DNA of 64,000 nt, from NCBI GenBank assembly GCA_951406725.2, contig OX597823.1:32302001-32366000 (forward strand), read 5' to 3'. The notes beneath the pieces are model-generated. The model made no database searches. It saw only the letters and a list, made by a program, of their open reading frames with translations, and was not told the origin of the DNA. The stretch comes from Octopus vulgaris (lineage: Eukaryota). The position numbers were made by a program, and so were the translations under genes. Of this stretch, positions 54,128-64,000 are shown piece after piece (position 1 is the first letter of the stretch; each line of letters starts with the position of its first letter).

Positions 54128-54525
54128 AGGCAGCGAGCTAGCAGAAACGTTAGCACGCCGGGCGAAATGCGTAGCCGTATTTCGTCTGCCGTTACGTTCT
54201 GAGTTCAAATTCAGCCGAGGTCGACTTTCCCTTTCATCTTTTCAGGGTCGATAAATTAAGTACCAGTTACGCACTGGGGTCGATGTAATCGACTTAATCC
54301 GTTTGTCTGTCGTTGTTTGTCCCCTCTGAGTTTAGCCCCTTGTGGGTAGTAAAGAAATAGGTATTTCTCTCATCGCTACGTTCTGAGTTCAAATTCCATC
54401 AAGGTTGACTTTGCCTTTCGTCTTTTCGGGGTCGATAAATTAAGTACCCGTGAAACACTAGGGTCGATGTAATCGACTTGACCCCTTCCCCAAAATTTCA
54501 GGACTTGTGTTTATAGTAGAAAGGA
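54128..54525 (+). mobile_element. Dimeric SINE family B, CpG-intact copy
   Basis: aggcagcgagctagcagaaacgttagcacgccgggcgaaatgcg..gttcaaatt..; two cores. Confidence 0.9.
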
Positions 54526-54989
54526 TATTATAGGTTTTATTTCCAATGGTTGTTCTTTTTGAATTTTAAGCATTCTAAGAGGAAGCTTTTGACCAATAAA
54601 TGTATAGATAATTTCAGTTAATCGAAGTTTGTCAACTCACAATTCTGACATACATGAGACTCCAGCATACTACAATTCATTAATTCCTTGATACGTTTCT
54701 CTAATGTTTTCAATCGCTATCAGCACAGCACCCGTCAGAAATAGCAGTTAAATCTCCCTCAAATCACACTTTCACGTTTGATAATGTGATCCTGGGTCTT
54801 CTGCACATTAGAAAAGTGGTGATATGAACATAGCTGGAACGCCTTTCATCATAGGCCTACTTGATCAGAGTTGGTCCAAAGAAGTGTGACGCCATTCCAA
54901 GTGTGACTGAACCTTCGTTTCTGAATCACAAAGACACGCCCACGTTTCCTCGCGTCACAGATTGGGGTGTGTGGGTATGATGTCCACTG

Positions 54990-55350
54990 GCTTCAAACAT
55001 TCCGGCAAATTTGAACAGACTTCTACGTTTCTTTCCTTCAAATTAGTTATCAAATACTGTAATACACTGTAACCACAAGCCAGTTGTGCAGCAAGCTCAA
55101 AGGCTGTGATTCGCTTTTCCGTGCAAATCAGTTCTTTCAGTTGCTGGCAATTCGTGTCAATGGTTGCAGTTGATGGTTTTCTATTAAATGGTTTGACTTC
55201 AACGCTGATTTCCCCTTCTTTAAACTCCATCTATCTGTGCACATTGCGCTCTTGTTAATGGCGTAATTTCTCTAAGCAGCCTGTAACTTTTTGTGGATGT
55301 CAGACAATCTGCAGCTCTTATTATCAAGAATTCAACAACAACGTTGCATC
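54990..55350 (-). pseudogene. mariner transposase N-terminal (HTH) fragment
   Basis: FKEGEISVE..KPSTAT..N...LKELICTEKRIT.FELAAQL resembles the mariner F..G..S.ED..RSGRP...DRR.T..ELA..L pattern; stops upstream. Confidence 0.75.
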
Positions 55351-57069
55351 TGCTTGGAACCGATTATTCGCTTACAATAAAGGATAACAAGAAGTTACTG
55401 TAGTGTTATTTTATTAGCACATGCACTTTGAATGACTCAGTTAATAAAAAGAATTTAGGCCCAACTTTGCATTACTTTCAAAATAACGCCTGTATGTTAT
55501 TTCAGAATCTGCAAACTCACTGTGTTATCTATGTTATAATTATCTGTGGCAGACACTGGCTGTCAAAGGGGATTTTTCAAAATAATTTTGTCCACAGCAT
55601 TAGCATAACATTTCAGTGAAATACCTTAGCCCAAATTTCCTTACACATAAAGTGGTAAATAATAAGTTTCCTTGAATTATTTATATTCACAATACGTGAA
55701 ATTCTCGTTACTTTTTTAAAAAGATTTCAACAAATACTTTACTTTATAAACAACCGAACTGAGTCACTGACTAAATTTCTTCATAAAAAAGTTTACTCAC
55801 CTCAAAAATAACTAGTTTCAAGTAGTGGAAGGAACTGCATTAAATAAGTCGAAATAGATTTACAGCAGAATTAACTTTTTTTATTAACTGACGGTTTTCG
55901 TAAATCTGTTGCTATTTTCATTACTTTTCTCTTTCTTCCATTTCCCCAATTATATCTTTCACCTTTTATCACACAGTTATATTTGTTGCATTTGAGAATG
56001 AAATATTCAAGGCGATTTTTTTCTAGTGGCGAACGAGAAAAAAATTGCCAAACACAACACAAACCTTGTTTTCCCTAACGTTGCATATGTGAATTCATTG
56101 AATGAATTCATTGTTATTTATTTCGTTTCTGTAAATACATTACTTGAAAATCATCGACCGCGTATTTATAAGGGAAATTGGCAAATTATGACGTCAAAAT
56201 AGCAATGTATCGAAATTTCTAAATGAAATATTGATCAAATGAAAAAGAATAAATCAAATTCATTACTTCTCTTTAATTTTCTGTATTGAAAAATCATGAT
56301 TAATAGAACCTTTTCAAATTTTACGAAATGTCTTGTTGCATGAAAACATCGGCATAGCGTGCAACGGACCAGATAGACTGACAGAAAAACATGGTTTCTT
56401 ATTGTATTATAGGTTTTTCGATTACACAGTGGTGGAACCACACTTCGGAGTTCAAATCCCGCTTCACTTTTCCTCTTTCCAGGGTCGATAAAGTAAAGTA
56501 TCAATCAAATACTCCGAGATGTGAATGGAATTGAAATAAGAAAACAGAAGACAAGATATGCGTGGACTAGTAGAATTGTGGTGGGTATTGTATCATAAAC
56601 AACTCCCAACGATGTAGGACGAGGGGGCATTGAAGTGGCCGCTCGATCTGTTAGAAATAATAGCCAAATTTCTCTACTGTCTTAAATGAAAAAGGACACA
56701 TTTAACGATGTATTACTTATTATATAGTAGATACACTATACACAAGAAAAAAAACAAAGTAGTCTCAAATGGAATGTGTTTGATCATAGTTTCACTGGAC
56801 CAGAACTGACTAGGAACTAAACAGTAATATCACTAACATCAACAGTATTCCGAGGGAGCTTATATGTAGTTGCTCGACGCGCTAGAGATAGCAGCGAAAA
56901 CTCCAGTAACATGATCCTGGGTGCAGTGTTCTTGAGACAAAGTACACTGGGGTTTACAATTGGGAAGCCTCTGATGATGACTGCTTTGACAACACCGTTA
57001 TTCAGAAAAGTTATAGATTCAACTAATAACTATAGCTGACAAGAATTTAAGCACTGCATACTCTTAATA

Positions 57070-57230
57070 TTGGTTTCAAATTTTGGCACAAAGACAGCAG
57101 GTTCGAGGGGGGGGGCTAAATCAATTACATCACCCCCAGTGCTCAACTGGTACTCATTTTATCGACTCCGAAAATATGAAAGGCAAATTCAACCTAGGCG
57201 GAATTTGAACTCGTAAGGACAGACGAAATG
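57070..57230 (-). mobile_element. SINE family B interrupted by the Merlin fragment (resumes about 57889-57920)
   Basis: ..gaatttgaactc..gacagacgaaatg | gaaatgccgcta..ttctgccaactcgccg. Confidence 0.75.
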
Positions 57231-57892
57231 GCAGTCATGCCTTTGGTTGTCAGAAGTGAAAGTAGAAAAATCTGACGTCAGACGTCAACTTCGTGTATTT
57301 ATGTCGTCATGTTTAAACTTTCGTTTATTTACGTACCACCACGCTTTAATTTACGCCGTTTATTTACGTACCACCACGCTAGGTTTATAAACAATTGAAG
57401 CTTGAAGTTAAGTTTATAAATAAATACATTTCATTCCATGTTCTGTTGAAACTTTATAAATAAATATATTCTTGCATTATTCATTATTGTTTTTAAAAAG
57501 AAATCACACCAAATCTGCACAAATGAACCCCCATGACCATCATCGCGATCACATACACCAATCAGAATGACCACTGACCACCACGTGCGTAATTCAAAAT
57601 TTGAAATTTCAGTTTGAAAGTCTTTCAGTGTGATATCAACACGTGCGAAAAAATTTTCAATATGGCTTTAGCATATCCAAGTCTAAGAGGAATTAGTCAC
57701 CGCGATATTGCCACTGGCCTTTTGAATACCCAGAAAATATGTATATCGTGTGGAGGTACCATGAGTGAAATAGCGAAAAAAAGTATATCGGATGAAGTAA
57801 TATGGTCGTGTGGAAGGCCTTGTCGAAAAACCGTTTCAATTAGAAAAGGAACATTTTTGGCACAGTCATGCCTTTGGTTGTCAGAAATGAAA
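57231..57892 (+). mobile_element. Merlin/IS1595-type transposon, 5' part (TIR-like end plus Zn-finger N-terminus)
   Basis: CISC..M......WSC...CRKTVSIRKGTF motif in ORF 57614-57901; terminal motif cagtcatgcctttggttgtcag at both ends in direct orientation. Confidence 0.7.
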
Positions 57893-58494
57893 TGCCGCTA
57901 GGCCTTCTGCCAACTCGCCGAATAAGGCGGCGACCTGGCAGAATCATTGGCACGCCGAGTAAAATGCTTGGCAGCATTTTGTCCGCTTTTACATTCTGAG
58001 TTCAAATTCTGCCTTTCAACATATAGGGGTGGATAAAATGAGTACCCCCCCCCGAACATGCTGGCCTTGTGCCAGAATTTGAAACCAGTATTCCGAGTAC
58101 GATGATTATACCGAGGACGGCCTATTGGCAGATTCGTACGAACATCAGACAGAATGCATTGCGATATTTGTCCTAGATTTTTGTGATTCCAGTTCAAATC
58201 CCATCGAGGTCAGTTTTACCTTCCGCCTTTTCGATAAATGAAGTATCAGTCCTGCGAATAGTTTAATCTGTTTTTCACGGTAGGAATTCAGCAACGTCAC
58301 ACTGAGAAAAGAGTCATAGAGAACCAGTCACAATGTGCCTTTCTCTAAAATGGAAAAGAAATAAGCTATAAGCTGGAAGTTTCTTCTTATACAAAAACGT
58401 ATATGTGTTACTGCGACAGTCCAAGGACGTACCGATGTATCTTGTACAGAATAGAAATAGAGTTAAATATGTCAGGGAAAGGTAAAGACAATTG

Positions 58495-58942
58495 GGCACT
58501 GTCATGCCTTTGGTTGTCAGGATGAAAGTAGAAAAAGTGTGACGTCATTTTGACGTCACACTTTTTCTCGTCCATGTAGCCGTGACAGATTGGAGGAATT
58601 TTTGCCGCGATATATGTGCAGAATATTATGTTGCACAGAACATTAAGCTCGGAGGACCGAACCGAATCGTAGAGATAGACGAAAGCGCGTTTGTTATAAG
58701 AAAATATAATGTTGGCCATCGGGTTAAAACGCAGTGGGTGCTTGGTGCTTTAGAAAGAGATACCAGAAGATGTATTTTAGTGGCAGTGGAAGATCGGACA
58801 GCGGATACCCTTTTACAAATTATACGAGAGCGTATATTGCCTGGTACAACCATAATTTCCGACCTTTGGCGTTCGTATAATACGCTCAGTCAGCTAGGAT
58901 ACAGACATTTGACCGTGAATCATTCAATAAATTTTGTTGCAA
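58495..58942 (+). pseudogene. Merlin/ISXO2-like (DDE_Tnp_IS1595) transposase fragment, 3'-truncated
   Basis: DWRNFCRDIC..KLGGP..IVEIDES..RKYNVG..QWVLG..ILPGTTIISDLWRSY..HLTVNHSINFV; similarity ends before the third catalytic residue. Confidence 0.9.
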
Positions 58943-60694
58943 ATAGAGGGACGATTGACCACAATAAATACACTTTTTTGAAATTTTGCAAAGGATTGGA
59001 ACACCAAAATTCTGTTTTGACGTCTTCAACGAAACATTGTGATTCACATGCCTGGACGATTACATGAATATACAGACTATTTTACATAAATCAAGTATGA
59101 CAACAAAAAAGTCTTTATCTCTCCATTTGTCGACAGTGTGTGTGTATGTGTTTGTGTGTGTGTGTGCGTGCGCGCCCGCATGTTTTCGCGTGTGCGTGTG
59201 ATGTACATAATGGCGTACATACAGTAATTACTTCAGCTCAAATACGATTTAATCAATTTATTCCAAATGCCCAATTGTTAGTTCGTTGTGTGTGAAGCTA
59301 ATTCCAATAGAAATAATGTTATAACGTTCTCATTGATGAAATTTGACAAGAAATTTTTAAAAGCGCTGCGTTGAAATAAAGAGCAAATATATAACAACAG
59401 TTTAAATATAATGATTTGATTAACTATATATTCTTTTAAATAATAATCAAATATCTCTCAATTTTTTTAAACATCACCCGATATCTTTTTGCCGCTTGTT
59501 ATGTATGGGTTGATTAATCGCTCAATATGGCTTCGCCGCTCTATTTGCTACGTGTGTGCGTGTGTGTATCAATGTAATGTGTATGTGTATAGACGTGCGC
59601 CTACGCGCATGCACACACATACACACACATTTAGAGAGACAAAGATCTAACATACATACATGCACAGATACATGCGTATGTATGTATATGTGAACGCATG
59701 CATACGTGTATATACGTATGTTTTGTATGTATATCGATGTAACGAGGTGTTTTTTTTTTAATCTCGCCTTCAGTCTTTTTCTTTTCTTTATAAATGTCGC
59801 AATGACAGACATGACATGAAATATATTTACATCAGCAGAACCTTTCAAATTTGACCGTAATTTGAATATAGAGACTGAAAAACCTTCAATCACTTTTTCA
59901 ATACGTGTAAAAGGCTTTGAGAATAAAACACTCAACAATTTTCATATTTTTTGAAGTTTGGTAGATTGTGTGCGTGCGTGCGTGTGAATTCATTCACAAT
60001 GAATTCCAAACTTTTTAAAAGCGAAAAAAAAACAGAGGTTTCAAATTTTGGCACAATTCTAGGAGTGTTAGAAGGAACAGGCTAGTCGATTACATCGATC
60101 TCTATATTCAACTGGCACTTATTTTATCGACATCGAAAGATTGGAAAGTAAAGTCAAACTGGGCGGATTTTGAGCTGGCAAAAAAAAAAATGTCGCTGGG
60201 TATTCTTGCCCAACACTCTAAAAAAGAAAAAAGAGAGAATGTAAAAACAATATACGCACACATCGCCAACTTACAAATTAACTGAACAATTGAACACACT
60301 ATCGAGGTGCATTGATTGATTGATTGATTGATTTACGAATAATATATGGTGCAAGTGACCCTAAATATTCTACTTCTGTTGTCTCTATTAAAAAGTCAGT
60401 GGCTATTTCCTTAGCTTTTAGATTTATGAAATTGTTTGTTGACGTCGGATTTCTTCCTTTTTTTTTTCGTGTTTGTAATGTTATTAGATACTGGTTTGTT
60501 ACATAAGTTTCTATCAGTGTCATAAAGATTTTTATCGTTTCCGAGAATACACGAATTTTCTTGGAATTTAGTAATGTTGTAAATCGTGTAAAACCAATAT
60601 TGTATGCGACTGTGTGTATGTATGTGATATACATACATACATATATTCATATTGTATACATCGATACATATTGTGGTGGGGGCGTGTTTGTGTG

Positions 60695-61610
60695 AATCTT
60701 CTGTATTTAATCATTCAAATTCTTCCTCTGAAGAAGGATTTGGTTTCTAACAAAGATACAAAGCTCCATCATTGGAATGTAGGTAACGAAAAGAATGCCA
60801 CATTTTAAAACTGAAAATAAAAAGTCTTGCATAGCCTTACTGTTCCGTTTACAGATTGTATTTGTAATGTGCTAATCAATTGGTTGATTTCGTTTTCTGG
60901 AAATCCAAGCTTATCCAGTCTGACAGTTAGGCATTTAATTACAAAACCAAGTGCTCCTTATTGATATACATGTAAATTTGTAATCTGGATACAGAAGCTG
61001 GAGTTTTCGAAACAGTTATCGTCTTTTTCTTTGATTTCCAAAGAGATTTTCTCATCAGCAGCATAGCTGACCTCTACGACGCTACATACTTTTTCCTGTC
61101 CATCCCAAATGACAATATCCGGCCTGTTATGTTCACATTTGACAGATGTTTTGATGAGAATGTTCCACCAGTATTCTTTGTTGATGTTTGTGTATGTATT
61201 CAATTACAGGGAGGGTTCTCTATGCATGTGTGTCTATGCATGCATGTATCTTCTTTCTGATCTTAATTATTTAAATTCTTCCTCTGAAGAAGGAACTGGT
61301 TTCTAACAAAGCTCCATCACTGGAATGTAGATAGCAAAAACGTCACATTTTAAACTTGAGAAAAGTCTCACATATTTTTCTTGTTCCACTTACACATTGT
61401 ATTTGTAATGTGTGAGTTAGTTGGTTGATTTCTTTTTCTGAAAATCCAAGCTTATCCAGCCTGTCAGTTGGGTATTTATTCACAAAACCAAGTGCTCCAA
61501 TCATTATTAGTATAAATGTAAATTTGTAATCTGAATATAGAAGCTGAAGCTTTCGAAGCAGTTGTCCATAATTATCCTCTTTCTCTTTGATTTACAGCAG
61601 GATAGCTTGT
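60695..61610 (-). pseudogene. Two tandem 3' ends of an RLE-type non-LTR retrotransposon
   Basis: HNRPDIVIWD..C.VVEVS..D..I..KEK, then frameshifted LQLLYPDYKF..GALG..GTVRLCKTF; 60695-61205 is duplicated at 61248-61610. Confidence 0.8.
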
Positions 61611-62496
61611 ATGGGATAGAAAATGAGGGGAGACAGACTGCCAGAATGGTTAGGGTTAAAGGATAGAGAATTAAGGAGTCGTGTGTGTGTAGGAAGAAAG
61701 AGAGATGATAAGCTTGAATTTTAAACAAGGGAAAGCTCTGCAATAAATAGAGAATAGAAACTGTTTAAAGCAAATTGTTTCTCTATGATAAAAAGAGTAA
61801 GATCTGGTTAAATTTGTAGCAGCTTCTGAAACATTTTACATAAAATATTTAACTTCACAAAATTTCATGAAAATCTAAGAGACATTAGACATAGCAACAA
61901 ATCTTCATGACGTAGATAGAAAAAAAACATGTAAACGACTGTTATTTCATATCATTACTAACCTTTACAGAAAAATCTGGTGCTAAAATATACAATTCCA
62001 TCATTTTAGAAGCTCGGGAAATTACCACAAACCTTAATATAGATGACATAGTAGAATATTTAAGGTCACATAGACCATAAATTATTCTTGAATATCAAAA
62101 AGTTAATCTTTCTTATAACTCTTAATACAGGTTAATCAATTTCCTTTAACACCAAATTAGACAGCAACCATATCCTCGAATGAATTATACTTAGAAAAGA
62201 AAACATATTTTTTCCCCATTGTGGAACAGTGGTCTATCAGTAATGGAATGATATTAGTATGATAATTTAACTTTATTAATTACAAACAACACTTAATTTA
62301 CTCACATTGTAAGTTTACTCAGTTTAGGTAAGATAGAATTTTAACTTCCTGCATCAAAACCCATTAAAAAAACAAAAACACAATATTTGATATTGTTGTA
62401 TTTAGGGATGGTCATGTTGCCAGTTTAGCCAATAAAAACACACGCACTATATATTTAGTGTTCATTTGCTTCTATTTTATTTTATATTAATCGTAT

Positions 62497-62712
62497 TTCA
62501 GCCAGAGTTCTTTCATCACACTTCTGTGACCTCATCAGTGGTCCTTTGCTTTCTTCTTTCTTTTTTTTTTGTGTCTTTCCTTACCAATGATCAGCCATTT
62601 TGATACAAAATGGCTGATCATTAGTAAGGAAAGACACACAAAAAAAAAGAAAGAAGAAAGTGAAGGACCACTGATGAGATCACAGAAGTATGATGAAAGA
62701 ACTCTGGCCGAA
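62497..62712. repeat. Fold-back element with a hammerhead motif in each arm (62500-62544 minus, 62665-62709 plus)
   Basis: CCA-CTGATGA-G(G/A)TCACA-gaag-T(G/A)TGAT-GAAA-GAAC-TC-TGG; loop only ~3 nt. Confidence 0.85.
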
Positions 62713-63015
62713 GCACAACCTTCGAACATTAGGCCTTACTGAGTTGAAATGCTGTTTGGTTTATTTTTTTCAGCATACAATTTTCATCATCCCACCACCA
62801 AATATGACATCACCCCTTCCTTTCTCAATCATAAACACAAGAGTATTATTATAGTAAATTATCTCGGTATCCATGAGAGCTATGGAAAAAATACAAAGCC
62901 CAGCATCACCACCGGATCATTCTACACATCTGTGTAATTTTTCACACAAATCCACCCACCTGTTTGACCATGAATACTAAGACAAGAAAGAATCACTCAT
63001 GTCAAATTAATATGT

Positions 63016-63068
<53 letters not shown>

Positions 63069-63652
63069 TTCAAATTTACAGGAAACAAAAGATGAAGGCA
63101 GGTGTAGGAACAACAATCAGGTGTATTAGTTTAATGCTTGGGAAGAATGGAAAAGTCTTCTACGTTTTGAGCTTACGCTCTTCAACAGAGAGAGTTAAGA
63201 GATACATGTTTACAGATGATGTGGGTTTGTGTCCCAACAGCTTTTGGTTTTTTCTTATTCAAAAGGAATTTTCAACTCAATATTTACTTGCTACTATTTT
63301 TGTCCTTTAAAATACACTTCCCCACCACAAGCAAAAAACACTTATTTCACATTCTCTTGAAAGTTTATAAATTCTTATGATGTGAGCATTTAATTTTGTG
63401 GTATGTTTTTTCCACATCTTGACACCTTTACTGATGCCAACCCTCTCCCGTTTACGTGTAAGGTCATGTTTTCCTCCTATCTACCAAAAGAGGTACAAAC
63501 ACTTTCACACACACATTACATGAAGGAATTTCCACCAACGAAGTTCACTCACAAGATTTCAGCAAGCCTGGGGCTATAAAGACACTCAAAGTGTTGCAAA
63601 GTAAGACTGAACCCAAAACCATGAGATTGAGTAGGGAACTTCTCATATATAT

Positions 63653-64000
63653 ATTCTTTTATTCTTTTATTTGTTTCAGTCATTTGACTGCGGCTATGCT
63701 GGAGCACCACCTTTAGTCAAGCAAATCAACCCCAGGACTTATTTTTTGTAAGCCTAGTACTTATTCTATTGGTCTCTTTTACCGAACCGCTAAATGGCGG
63801 GGACGTAAACACACCAGCATTGGTTGTCAAGCGATGTTGGGGAGACAAACACAGACACACAAACATATACATACATACATACATATATATATATACTATA
63901 CACACACACACACTCATATATATATATATATACAACGGGCTTCTTTCAGTTTCTGTCTACCAAATCAACTCACAAGGCTTTGGTCAGCCTAAGGCTATAG
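63653..64000 (-). mobile_element. SINE family A (truncated by window edge)
   Basis: Near-identical to 25005-25421. Confidence 0.92.

Noticed and set aside
63155-63190. HHR-like TTGAAGAGC-gtaa-GCTC-AAAA-CGTA on the minus strand
   Set aside because: Two core mismatches and a weak stem I; needs a family consensus.

Overview
AT-rich, microsatellite-dense eukaryotic DNA, most likely a coleoid cephalopod (Octopus-like). That call rests on the recurring tRNA/CORE-type SINE families and the very high simple-repeat load. There is no intact protein-coding gene, and almost all listed ORFs are translated microsatellites. The recognisable coding remnants are all transposon-derived: a Penelope-like element (PLE) ORF N-terminus, RLE-type (R4/Dong-like) and RTE LINE 3' ends, a mariner HTH fragment and a split Merlin/IS1595-type DDE transposase. 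Several MITEs have clear TIRs and TSDs. The main unexplained pattern is a set of type I hammerhead-ribozyme (HHR) motifs, CTGANGA...GAAA..TH with closing stems, in at least six unrelated short elements. Most are fold-backs with outward-pointing HHRs, and several sit in (TA)n or (AAT)n tracts. One family combines a Pol III tRNA-like head, an (AAT)n linker and an HHR-bearing tail. One copy of it has a PLE-style inverted 5' tail copy and another abuts a PLE ORF fragment, suggesting a PLE-mobilised ribozyme SINE. CpG retention also shifts visibly near 38-39 kb. A few weak candidate host exons are noted. All calls and alignments were made by eye, so coordinates are approximate.
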